NCBI GenBank assembly: GCA_965203905.1
Contig: CBDBDQ010000005.1
Location: 7,488,001-7,552,000, forward strand
Length of the DNA: 64,000 nt
Reading direction: 5' to 3'
Source of the DNA: Spirochaetia bacterium
Lineage (GTDB): Bacteria > Spirochaetota > Spirochaetia > SZUA-6 > Bin103
Shown here piece by piece: positions 1 to 10,900 of the stretch. The position numbers were made by a program, and so were the translations under genes. The notes under the pieces were generated by a model. It was not told the DNA's origin. It did not search any database and saw only the letters and a list, made by a program, of their open reading frames with translations. Position 1 is the stretch's first letter; each line of letters opens with the position of its first letter.

Positions 1-2
1 TA

Positions 3-299
3 CGCGTGCTGTCGAATCCCTCCTACCCTACGGTGTCGGCGACCCCGGCGGAGGTGATCCACCGCTTGCGGCGCTTCTGCGCAGCCGGCGGACACAGCCT
101 GTGGCCGGACGACGTCTCGCTCCGAACCAGCTTCGACGACAACGCAGCCGCTCGCCTGCAGGGCTACCAGCAGGTCACCGACTTCCACTTGGTGGCGCTG
201 GCGGCGCGGCACGGCGGCCATCTGGTCACCTTCGACGGCCACCTGCAGCGCTCCCTCGCCGGCACCTCCCTGGCGCCGAGCGTGGTGCTGGTCAAGTGA
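3..299 (+). CDS. vapC: PIN-domain VapC-family toxin, 5'-truncated by window edge
   Basis: C-terminal half of a VapC: RVLSNPSYP...HSLWPDDVSL...QVTDFHLVALAARHGGHLVTFD; open frame runs off the left edge. Confidence 0.8.
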   Translation, partial: RVLSNPSYPTVSATPAEVIHRLRRFCAAGGHSLWPDDVSLRTSFDDNAAARLQGYQQVTDFHLVALAARHGGHLVTFDGHLQRSLAGTSLAPSVVLVK

Positions 300-321
300 T
301 CGCACGTTACCCGAACCGGCG

Positions 322-1236
322 ATGACCGAGGCTGACGCGATAGCAGCCTCGGCACGGCCGCTAACGGAGCCTGCGCTGCGGGTTGACTTGCGTGCGCTCG
401 GACTGCGCAGTGGTATGACCGTGCTGGTGCACTCGTCTCTCAGCTCCCTGGGTTGGGTCTGCGGCGGGTCGACGGCGGTGATCCGGGCGCTGTTGGCGGC
501 AGTAGGTTCCGACGGCACCCTCGTGATGCCGGCCCACTCCGCGGGGTCCGATCCGGCCGGCTGGGAGAACCCGCCTGTGCCGCGGTCTTGGTGGGGCACG
601 ATCCGGGCGACCATGCCACCGTTCGATCCGGCCACCACGCCGACGCGTGCGATCGGAGTGATTCCCGAGCAGTTCCGCACCTTGCCCGGAGTGGACCGCA
701 GCTTCCATCCGACCGGGTCGTTCACTGCGCGTGGGCCGCTGGCCAAGCGTATCACCGCGGAGCAACGCCTGGAAGACCCGTTCGGAGAGCGATCACCACT
801 CGCCGCGATCTACGAAGCGGGCGGCTGGATCCTGCTTCTGGGGGTCGGCCATCGGCGTAGTACCATGCTGCACTTGGCGGAGCGCCGGGCGCTGGGCCCG
901 AACCAGGAGCGGGTGCGGAACGGTGCTTCGCTGCTCGTGGACGGCGCCAGACGGTGGGTGAGCTTCCTTGAACCCGACGTGGACGAATCCGACTTCGAGC
1001 AGGTCGGCAGCGCGTTCGAACGTCAGGACAAGAGCACGAGGAAACAGCCCATCGGGAGTGCCCGTTGCACTATGCTGCCGGCACCGGCCTTGGTCGACTT
1101 CGCCGTGCCCTGGTTCCGGGAGCGGAACCACGCAGGCCTCATGGCAACCACTGTCGCTGCACTGATGCCGCAGCCTCGGTGCGTCGCGGTGCCGGATCTC
1201 TCACAGATCGCTGGAGCTCACGGCGGAGTTCATTGA
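322..1236 (+). CDS. AAC(3)/YokD-family N-acetyltransferase (Antibiotic_NAT)
   Basis: Motifs VLVHSSLSSLGWVCGG, GTLVMPAHS, RSFHPTGSF, ILLLGVGH..TMLHLAE; last ~35 aa overlap the convergent HNH gene. Confidence 0.85.
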   Translation: MTEADAIAASARPLTEPALRVDLRALGLRSGMTVLVHSSLSSLGWVCGGSTAVIRALLAAVGSDGTLVMPAHSAGSDPAGWENPPVPRSWWGTIRATMPPFDPATTPTRAIGVIPEQFRTLPGVDRSFHPTGSFTARGPLAKRITAEQRLEDPFGERSPLAAIYEAGGWILLLGVGHRRSTMLHLAERRALGPNQERVRNGASLLVDGARRWVSFLEPDVDESDFEQVGSAFERQDKSTRKQPIGSARCTMLPAPALVDFAVPWFRERNHAGLMATTVAALMPQPRCVAVPDLSQIAGAHGGVH

Positions 1237-2872
1237 TCGGCGGCTCCCACAACACGTCGAGCGCGGCCGTCACGTCCAGCGGCTCGCCATACCACTCGGG
1301 AGTAGCGGTGTGCGGCCCGATGCTGATGCCGGCCGCCGCCAGCCGCGCCACGGTCGGCGCCAGCGGCTCCCCGGCTCCCTCCCAGCGCGGCGCCGGCGCC
1401 ACCGCCGGCAGTGGCTCGCCATCCGGGCGCAGGAACCGGAACTGCCCGGCACCGTCGGCGACCACCTGAAAGCCCTCTTCGTGCAGCGCGCGGTGGTGGA
1501 AACGACACACCTGGACCAGGTTACTGAGCTTCGTCTCCCCGCCGTCCGCCCAGTGCACGACGTGATGGGCGTCGCAGTGCCGCGAGGTGCAGCCGGGGAA
1601 CTGGCACTGGTTGCGATCCCTGCTCTCAAGCGCACGGCGCAGCGCGGTCGGGATGGTGCGAGTGCGCCGGCCCACGTCGAGCACTCCACCGTCGGCGCCG
1701 TGGTGCAGCACCACGAGGCCCGCATCGCAGGCGACCCGGCGCGCCGTCCGCGCGCCAACGTGGAGCCCACCGGCCTGCTCGATCACCGCTTGGCCGGCTT
1801 CGGGATCGGACACCGGGGCGGCCCGGTCGCACCCGCACGTCGCCGCGGCACGGTGGGGATCGCCGGCGCGCTCGATCAGTGCATGGCCGGCATCGAGGTC
1901 GGCCGCCGAGGCCACCTGGTCGCGACCGTGCGTCGTCGGGCCGTGGGGATCGCCGGAGCGCTCGATCGGTGCCTGGTCAGCGGCGTCCGCCGCCGGCTCG
2001 TCGGGTTCGGAGGCGGCTTCGTTGCCAGGCGCAGTTTCCGCGGAAACGTGTCGCGCGTCGGGGGCCGCCTCTGGGGAGGCAAGCCCGGCCGCGTCCACGT
2101 GCACCGTCACCTGGAAGCGGTCGCCGGCAGTGCCCGGATCGAGGCCGCCGGCCGCGCTCTCGGCCACCAGCCCCAGCGCATCCGCGCGCCGCTGCCCGAT
2201 GCCGCTGTCCTGGTCGTCCGCGGACGCCGGCACCTGCTCCAGCGCCGCCTCCAGGGCGCGCAGCACCACCGCGCCAACCTCCGGCGTCAGCCGCGCGCGC
2301 AGCACCAGCATGCCGTCGTCGTCCACCCGCGTGCTCAGCATGCGCCGCGCCAGGCGCAGCTTCTCGGCATCGGGCTGCGCCGCTCGGTCGGCCTCGCGCC
2401 AGGCCCGCACCAGCCGCTCCACCTGTGCGGCCGTGGCGCCACAGGCGACGGCGATCAGGCGTGCTTCGGTGGCCGGCGTCGCCACCCTCGTGAGGGCGCG
2501 TACGATCGAGTAGGAAAGGCGGCCGCAGGCCATGGCGGCGCTGAGATGGTTCAGGTCCGCGAGCGCCGCCGCGACGCGCAGCTTCTCACGCGCGGCGCCG
2601 AGGTCGAGCCCGATGCGCCAGTTGAGCCAGTGGGCGCAGGAGCGGAAGCCCTCCCAGCCGTGGCGGCGATCGAACTCGCGCAGGTCGCACAGCAGCTCGT
2701 AGTTGGCGGCCTGGATGCGGGCGGAGCGCTCGGCGATGCGGTTGCCGAGCAGGTCCAGGTCGGGCGCCACCAGCGCGCCGGCCAGCGGCGCAACGGGGTG
2801 CTGGATGATCGGCGGATCGGGGCACGCTGCCTGGGTCGGCTGGCGTGGCACGGTGCTCGTGTCGGATGCCAT
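1139..2872 (-). CDS. DUF222 (13E12-repeat-like) domain / HNH endonuclease
   Basis: N-terminal LREFDRRHGW..FRSCAHWLNWR; DVGRRTRTIPTALRRALESRD; HNH core CQFPGC...DAHHVVHWADGGETKLSNLVQVCRFHHRALH; start ATG 2872 chosen because TACCAT lies 6 nt upstream. Confidence 0.88.
   Translation of the reverse strand: MASDTSTVPRQPTQAACPDPPIIQHPVAPLAGALVAPDLDLLGNRIAERSARIQAANYELLCDLREFDRRHGWEGFRSCAHWLNWRIGLDLGAAREKLRVAAALADLNHLSAAMACGRLSYSIVRALTRVATPATEARLIAVACGATAAQVERLVRAWREADRAAQPDAEKLRLARRMLSTRVDDDGMLVLRARLTPEVGAVVLRALEAALEQVPASADDQDSGIGQRRADALGLVAESAAGGLDPGTAGDRFQVTVHVDAAGLASPEAAPDARHVSAETAPGNEAASEPDEPAADAADQAPIERSGDPHGPTTHGRDQVASAADLDAGHALIERAGDPHRAAATCGCDRAAPVSDPEAGQAVIEQAGGLHVGARTARRVACDAGLVVLHHGADGGVLDVGRRTRTIPTALRRALESRDRNQCQFPGCTSRHCDAHHVVHWADGGETKLSNLVQVCRFHHRALHEEGFQVVADGAGQFRFLRPDGEPLPAVAPAPRWEGAGEPLAPTVARLAAAGISIGPHTATPEWYGEPLDVTAALDVLWEPPINELRRELQRSVRDPAPRRTEAAASVQRQWLP
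1778..1990. repeat. Degenerate in-frame tandem repeat (90/93-bp units) in the HNH gene linker
   Basis: CTCGATC recurs at 1778, 1871 and 1961; protein units IERSGDPH.../IERAGDPH.../IEQAGG. Confidence 0.75.
2034..2047. repeat. Perfect 14-bp palindrome GTTTCCGCGGAAAC inside the HNH gene (encodes VSAET)
   Basis: Read directly from the sequence. Confidence 0.9.
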
Positions 2873-3219
2873 GAGGCGATGGTACACCCGGTTTTCGGAG
2901 GCCCCTCCTGGCCCCCGGGCTGGCCGTTGGGGCCGGTTTGGCGGTTTCTGATGCAATGCGGTCACGGCGGGCCGGGAGCGCGGGCTGAGGGTGGAACGTG
3001 AGCGAATTTGGGAGGGTCGCGGGACCGACGACATTTTGCCTGTCAGAACCCTGTCAACCCCCTGAAGGCCAAATTAGGCCAAAAATCCAAAGATTTTTCT
3101 CTCGCGCACTCACCCCTCGTTCCACACCGGGACCCGTTTCGCCAGCCGCATCTACCGGCAGCGGCGTCGGGGAGAGCGCGCGGAGTACGTGAGGATCGAA
3201 TCCTCTGAGCGAGCATCGT
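2873..3219 (-). promoter_or_regulatory. Structured non-coding leader upstream of the HNH gene
   Basis: Minus-strand TTGACA (3052-3057) within tandem TGACAGG repeats; AAAAATC-caaa-GATTTTT inverted repeat (3081-3098); GAGGAT-cga-ATCCTC hairpin (3191-3205); locally AT-rich; -10-like TACCAT at 2879-2884. Confidence 0.55.
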
Positions 3220-3990
3220 TCAATCTGCCCATCCTCTGGCGCGCATCAGCCGGCGGATCGCCGGCGCCGCGGAGTCGGCCTGCGCGACGCTCCCGCCGGT
3301 GACAACGAAGACGGAGAACTGCTCACTGATGCACCCCGCCGGACAGTCGCCCCACGCGTTGCGAAACACCAGGTACCAGTCACCGTTCACCCGCGCCGCC
3401 GCGATGTCCGGGCCGTCGCCCACAGGCGCATCGGGCTCCGCGTAGCTCACCCCGTCCAGTCTCGCATACGCCGCGGCCGCCGCGACGACGTTGAGCTCGG
3501 GGCCGAAGCAGAAGATGACCCCGAGCGGCTCCAGGAGCCTGGCGCCGCGCAACCCCAGCTTGGCGTTAAGGGTGTCCAACTCCCGATCGCCGGTACGCAG
3601 CGTCATCACCCCGCCGGCGGGATCGAACATGCCCCGCGCCCGCTGCAGCAGCGGCGGCTCCAGCCCAAGGATCAGCATGGACGCGCGATACTGCTCGCGG
3701 GCATGAACTCCGGCAACTTCGGGGTATGCCGCGCGCACCAGTCGCAGGGCGTCCGCGATCTCACGCTGCATCTCGTCCCGGGTTGAGAGATCGATCAGTA
3801 GCTGACCGCTGTCGCGACGCACCATCCGGTCCGCGAGAATGACGGCATCGGAGGGCCGGCTCACGGGAGCTGGGCAGGGGGTCGGCTCTTGCCGTGGAGT
3901 CTCGGTCTCGCCGAGGCCGGCAGCCCAGGCGCTCTGCAGACTGGCGATCGCCACCACGGCGCAGGCAATGGCGGTGCCCGCACAGGTCAC
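3220..3990 (-). CDS. Hypothetical exported protein with C-terminal WGDCPAGC motif
   Basis: GTG start overlaps the TGA of the upstream SGNH gene (GTGA); signal-peptide-like N-terminus ending SAWA-AG. Confidence 0.7.
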   Translation of the reverse strand: MTCAGTAIACAVVAIASLQSAWAAGLGETETPRQEPTPCPAPVSRPSDAVILADRMVRRDSGQLLIDLSTRDEMQREIADALRLVRAAYPEVAGVHAREQYRASMLILGLEPPLLQRARGMFDPAGGVMTLRTGDRELDTLNAKLGLRGARLLEPLGVIFCFGPELNVVAAAAAYARLDGVSYAEPDAPVGDGPDIAAARVNGDWYLVFRNAWGDCPAGCISEQFSVFVVTGGSVAQADSAAPAIRRLMRARGWAD

Positions 3991-5003
3991 GGCAGCGGAA
4001 TCTGCGCCGCCACCCGTTCCAGAAAGTGCTCGGCCATCAGCTCGATGCCGTCCGCGTCGGGGTGGCACTGATCCTCGGCGTAGCGGGCGATTTCGTCCAG
4101 GCTGAACAGCTTGAGCCCGTTGAAGTGGTACAAGTTGCGGTCGCCTCGCCGCACCAGGCGGTGGTGGGCGTCTTCGATGTCCGCGCGCATGCCCTGGATC
4201 GTGTACCCCACCACGTTGGGTGTGGTCTCGTGCGGCGGGTAGCCGATCGGCGAGATCAGCGCCAGCGGGGTGTCGGGATGGCCCTCGCGAATGATCTGCA
4301 CCAGGCCGATCACCGCGGCCTTGAAGGTACGGGCGGACAGCGCGCCGCTGCCCATGCAGTTGATGCCCAGCTTGAGCGAGATGAAGTCGGCGGGCAGGTC
4401 GCGGATGGTCATGCCCAGCATCGGCTCCAGGCAGCAGTTGCCGCCGAAACCCAGCGAAGTGAGGTGCAGCCCACGCCGCCGCGCCACGATCGCCGGCCAG
4501 GTACGCGCCGGACTGTGCGCCCGCCGGCAGTGGGTCAGCGAGCTGCCATAGGTGATCCACAGCGGACGGGGGTCGGGAGCCGGCTCGCAGGAACAGCCCG
4601 GACTCACGGCCAGACCGGTGATCTCGATCGGGCTGGTGTGCGGCAGCCACAATTCCACCACCTTGGCGGCGGCGGGCAGCCCGCCGAAGGTCGCCGCCGT
4701 CGCGCCGGGGGCTACCTGAACGGTGGCGGCCAACTCGCCGTCGAGCGTCAGGTCGAGACTGTGGCCCGCCTGCATCGGCTCTCCCCGGAGCGGCAGGAAC
4801 TGCAGTGCGACCGCCGGAGCATCGGTCGTGAAGCGCAGCCGCACGCCGCTGCTCTCCATCGCCCGCCCGATCAGCGCGTCGCCCGGAGCCGGATACAGCT
4901 CCAGCCGGTCGTGGGGCAGCCGCCAGGGCCGCAGCGCTGCATCGACCCGTTGCACCGAAACGGCACCCGAGAAGAAACTCTCGTCGAGCGAGATCCCTTG
5001 CAT
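3987..5003 (-). CDS. SGNH/GDSL-family hydrolase
   Basis: Blocks YGSSLTH, LGFGGN, KLGIN and DQCHP. Confidence 0.85.
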   Translation of the reverse strand: MQGISLDESFFSGAVSVQRVDAALRPWRLPHDRLELYPAPGDALIGRAMESSGVRLRFTTDAPAVALQFLPLRGEPMQAGHSLDLTLDGELAATVQVAPGATAATFGGLPAAAKVVELWLPHTSPIEITGLAVSPGCSCEPAPDPRPLWITYGSSLTHCRRAHSPARTWPAIVARRRGLHLTSLGFGGNCCLEPMLGMTIRDLPADFISLKLGINCMGSGALSARTFKAAVIGLVQIIREGHPDTPLALISPIGYPPHETTPNVVGYTIQGMRADIEDAHHRLVRRGDRNLYHFNGLKLFSLDEIARYAEDQCHPDADGIELMAEHFLERVAAQIPLP

Positions 5004-5147
5004 GACGGCCAGGGTACCACACCGGCAGCGGACACCGCGCCGCCGGGCCGCCGCCGGCGGCGGCCCGCCGTTGACCGGCTGGGGTCAGGGTATTACGCTC
5101 GCTTGATGAGACGGAGTGCAATGCGCCGCCTCAAGGAGGATCGCTGT

Positions 5148-6749
5148 ATGAATGGTATGAGTAGAATGTTTGGGGTGATCTGCGCGTTGTCGTTGATCTT
5201 CACTGCCGCTGCTTTCGCGGCGCCAGCTGGGGAATCGGCCGCCGGCGCCGCGCGTGCCGACCTCAACCTCGCGCTGCCGGGCGACCCCGGCAACTTCGAC
5301 CCGGCGACCAACTGGCTGCACATTCTCGCCGCGCAGCAGTTCCTGACTCTGGTGGACTGGGACTACAACCGGTCGGAGCCGGTCGCCAACGCCGCAGAGT
5401 CGTGGGCCATCTCGGACGACGGCCGCACCTACACCTTCACCCTGCGCGAGGGGCTGGTGTGGTCCGACGGGCAGCCGGTGACGGCCGCCGACTTCGAATA
5501 CTCGTTTCAGACCATCGTCGACCCGGACAGCGCGACCCCGTTCTCGTATCGCGCGTTCATCATCGAGAATGCCGCCGCGGTGAATGCCGGCGAGCAGCCG
5601 GTGTCGGCGCTCGGCGTGCAGGCGGTGGACGACCGCACCCTGACCATCACGCTGACCGAGCCGGCCACCTGGTTCCTCTCCTCGCTCAGTTCCATGGGCC
5701 ACAGCGTGCCGCGCTCGGCGCGCGAGGCGCACGGGGCCGACTGGGTGGCGCCCGAGAACATCGTGGTCAACGGCCCCTACCGGCTGGTGGAAGCGGTGCC
5801 GGAGGACCGCTACGTGCTGGAGCGCAACGACGCCTACTTCGACGCCGCCGGCGTCGACATCCCGCGGTTGACGTTCTTCGTGGTCGAGGATGCCTCCACC
5901 CAGCTGGCGATGTACGAGGCGGGCGAGCTGGACTTCATCGAGTCGATACCCCCCGGAGAGCTGGACCGCGTCAGCGCGGATGACGTGCTCGGGCCCGAGT
6001 ACTACAACGGTCCGCGCTTCGTGGTGTACTACTACTTCTTCAACGTGACCAAGGCTCCGTTCGACAACGTGCTGGTGCGCAAGGCGTTCGCGGCCGCGCT
6101 GGACAAGGAGACGGTAACCGAACGGATCACGCGCGGCGGCGAAGTGCCCGCCGGCACCATGACGCCTCCCGGCTCCACCGGTCACGTCGCCAACGAGGTC
6201 GGCATCGGCATCCCCTACGACCCGGAGCAGGCCCAGGCCTGGCTGGCGCAGGCGGGCTACCCGGACGGCCAGGGCCTGCCGGAGATCGAACTGGGCTTCA
6301 ACGCCAGCCAGCTGCACCAGAACATCGCCCAGGCGATTCAGAAGATGTGGCAGGACACCCTCGGCGCGAACGTGTCGTTGCGCAGCGTCGAAGGTCGCGC
6401 CTACTCGGTGAACGCGGCGCAGGGCGCCCACAACGTGTGGCGCATGGGCTGGGGCATGGACTACCCCGATGCCCACAACATCCACATGGAGCTGTTTCAC
6501 AGCAGCGTCGGCCAGCCGGCCACGTTCAAGAACGCGGAGTACGACAGCATCATCGAGCGCGCCGCGGTGGAACGCGACCTGGCCACCCGCCAGCAGTTGT
6601 ACCAGGACGCCGAGCGCATCCTGGTGCAGGATGAGGCGGGGATAATCCCGATCTACTGGTACGCGGACAATTCGCTGACCAAGGGCTACGTGGAACGGCC
6701 GGTAACGCCGCAATTCATGAAGCTGTTCAAGGAGTGGATGATCAACTGA
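5148..6749 (+). CDS. oppA: Oligopeptide ABC transporter substrate-binding protein (family 5)
   Basis: AAGGAGGA SD before ATG 5148; signal peptide; AESWAISDDGRTYTFTLREGLVWSDGQPVTAADFEYS; NGPY; GWGMDYPD. Confidence 0.92.
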   Translation: MNGMSRMFGVICALSLIFTAAAFAAPAGESAAGAARADLNLALPGDPGNFDPATNWLHILAAQQFLTLVDWDYNRSEPVANAAESWAISDDGRTYTFTLREGLVWSDGQPVTAADFEYSFQTIVDPDSATPFSYRAFIIENAAAVNAGEQPVSALGVQAVDDRTLTITLTEPATWFLSSLSSMGHSVPRSAREAHGADWVAPENIVVNGPYRLVEAVPEDRYVLERNDAYFDAAGVDIPRLTFFVVEDASTQLAMYEAGELDFIESIPPGELDRVSADDVLGPEYYNGPRFVVYYYFFNVTKAPFDNVLVRKAFAAALDKETVTERITRGGEVPAGTMTPPGSTGHVANEVGIGIPYDPEQAQAWLAQAGYPDGQGLPEIELGFNASQLHQNIAQAIQKMWQDTLGANVSLRSVEGRAYSVNAAQGAHNVWRMGWGMDYPDAHNIHMELFHSSVGQPATFKNAEYDSIIERAAVERDLATRQQLYQDAERILVQDEAGIIPIYWYADNSLTKGYVERPVTPQFMKLFKEWMIN

Positions 6750-6834
6750 GCGCACGCGGGCGCGCCCGGCGCCGCAGGCGACACGCGGCCAGCGCGCCGG
6801 TGAGCCTGCCGCCGCGGCGCGCCGAGCGATTCTC

Positions 6835-7761
6835 GTGCTGACCTACCTGCTGCGCCGCCTGTTGTGGCTGGTGCCGGTGCTGCTGGTGATCTCGGTGGTC
6901 ACCTTCTTCCTGATGCACTCGATCCCGGGCAACCCGTTCGACCAGGAGGACAAGCCGCTGCCGCCGGAAGTGGTCGCCCGGCTGGAGGCGCACTACCACC
7001 TGGACGAGCCGGTGTGGCGGCAGTACCTCCGTTATATGGGCGGTGCCCTGCGCGGCGACCTCGGTCCCTCCTACCTGTACAAGGACCGCAGCGTGAACGA
7101 GATCATCGCCCGGCACTTCCCGGTATCGTTCGTGCTCGGTGCGCTGGCCCTGGGCGTGGCCGTGGTGATTGGCGTGCCGCTCGGCATCGTGTCCGCGCTG
7201 CGGCAGAACACGACCGCCGACTACGTGGCGATGTTCGTGGCCGTGTCGGGGGTATCGGTGCCGGCGCTGACCCTGGGGCCGCTGCTGATCTGGGGGCTGG
7301 CGCTGCAACTGGGACTGCTGCCGGTGGCGCGCTGGGGGTCGTGGCAGCAGGCGGTGATGCCGGCCTTTACCCTCGGCATCGGTCAGGCCGCCATCCTCGC
7401 CCGGCTGACGCGAGCCAGCATGCTGCAGGTGATCCGCGAGGACTACGTGCGCACGGCGCGCGCCAAGGGGGTACGCGAACGGCGGGTGATCGTCCACCAC
7501 GCGCTGCGCAACGCCCTGATCCCGGTGGTGACGGTCCTCGGTCCGCTGTTCGCGGCGCTGGTGACCGGATCCATGGTAGTGGAGCAGATCTTCGCCATCC
7601 CGGGCCTCGGCGATTTCTACGTGGGGGCGGTGGGCGATCGCGACTACCCGGTGATCATGGGCACCACGCTGCTGTATGCGGCGGTACTGGTGATCGCCAA
7701 CCTGGCGGTGGACCTGGCCTACTCCTGGATCGACCCGCGCATCCGCCTGGAGGCGTCGTAG
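6835..7761 (+). CDS. oppB: Oligopeptide ABC transporter permease
   Basis: YLLRRLL..PVLL; GDLGPSY; EDYVRTARAKG...HALRNALIPV. Confidence 0.95.
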   Translation: MLTYLLRRLLWLVPVLLVISVVTFFLMHSIPGNPFDQEDKPLPPEVVARLEAHYHLDEPVWRQYLRYMGGALRGDLGPSYLYKDRSVNEIIARHFPVSFVLGALALGVAVVIGVPLGIVSALRQNTTADYVAMFVAVSGVSVPALTLGPLLIWGLALQLGLLPVARWGSWQQAVMPAFTLGIGQAAILARLTRASMLQVIREDYVRTARAKGVRERRVIVHHALRNALIPVVTVLGPLFAALVTGSMVVEQIFAIPGLGDFYVGAVGDRDYPVIMGTTLLYAAVLVIANLAVDLAYSWIDPRIRLEAS

Positions 7762-7762
7762 C

Positions 7763-8733
7763 GTGCCCGGCGCCGGCGGCGCGCGGCCGGAGGTCACCGC
7801 GGCGCGCCGCAAGCCCGGCCGCGGCGGCGAGAGCCTGTGGATTGACGCCTGGCGGCGGCTGCTCGGCAACCGGCTCGCGGTAGCCGGCGGCGCCGTGGTG
7901 GTGGTGCTGCTGGCGGCGGCCGCGCTGGCACCGCTGCTTGCTCCGAGCCACTACGCCGCCGGCGACTTCGAGGCTACCTTTGCGCGGCCGGGCGGCGAGT
8001 TCGTGCTGGGAGCGGACTTCCTTGGCCGCGACCTGCTGTCGCGGCTGATCTACGGCGCGCGCATCTCCCTGACCGTGGGGATCCTGGGGGCGCTCACCGC
8101 GTTCCTGATCGGGGTCGCCTATGGCACCGTGGCCGGCTATGCCGGCGGCCGCGTCGACAACGCGATGATGCGTATCGTCGACATGCTGTACGCATTTCCG
8201 AGCCTGTTGTTCATCATTCTGCTTCTGGTGGTGTTCAAGCTCGGCTTTGGCCAGCGCGAGGACCCGAGCGCCGTGGTGCGCGCGGTGGTGTCGGTGGACC
8301 GCGCCATGGGCGGCATGCTGTTCATCCTGGCCGGGATCAGCTTCACCTCGTGGGTGGGTCTGGCGCGGCTGGCGCGCGGCATGGCGCTGTCGCTGCGCGA
8401 GACCGAGTTCGTGCAGGCCGCCCGCGCCCTCGGCGCCCGGCCGGAACGCATCATCGTGCGCCACCTGCTGCCCAACCTGGTCGGCCCGGGCATCGTGCAG
8501 GTGACCCTCATGATCCCCGGACTGATCGCCACCGAGGCGTTCCTGAGCTTCATCGGACTCGGCGTCGATCCGCCCACGCCCAGTTGGGGTGCGATGATCT
8601 CCGAAGGCATCTCCAGCATGCGTTCCCACCCGCACCTGGCCATCTTTCCCGGCATCGCCCTGGCGGTGACCATGCTGTGCTTCAACTTCCTGGGCGACGG
8701 ACTGCGCGACGCCCTCGATCCGCGGATGAAGGT

Positions 8734-8737
<4 letters not shown>
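7763..8737 (+). CDS. oppC: Oligopeptide ABC transporter permease
   Basis: [22 protein letters not shown]; [11 protein letters not shown]; [14 protein letters not shown]. Confidence 0.95.
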
Positions 8738-10857
<2,120 letters not shown>

Positions 10858-10900
10858 CCGGCCACGCAGACGCCGGGCCCGGTGCGTCGTCCTGGCCGTC

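Noticed and set aside
322-1236. Bona fide aminoglycoside resistance gene
   Set aside because: Family membership only; chromosomal YokD-like AAC(3) homologues often lack shown resistance, and there is no integron or plasmid context
3186-3208. GAGG-ATCGAAT-CCTC resembling a tRNA T-arm or att site
   Set aside because: No acceptor stem, D-arm, anticodon arm or CCA nearby; kept only as a hairpin in the HNH leader
3220-6749. Long N-terminal extensions of ORFs 3894..6749+ and 3220..5121- (also 20671..23040+ and 28201..32919-)
   Set aside because: The extensions overlap real genes; internal starts with SD, signal peptide or stop-start overlap give better models
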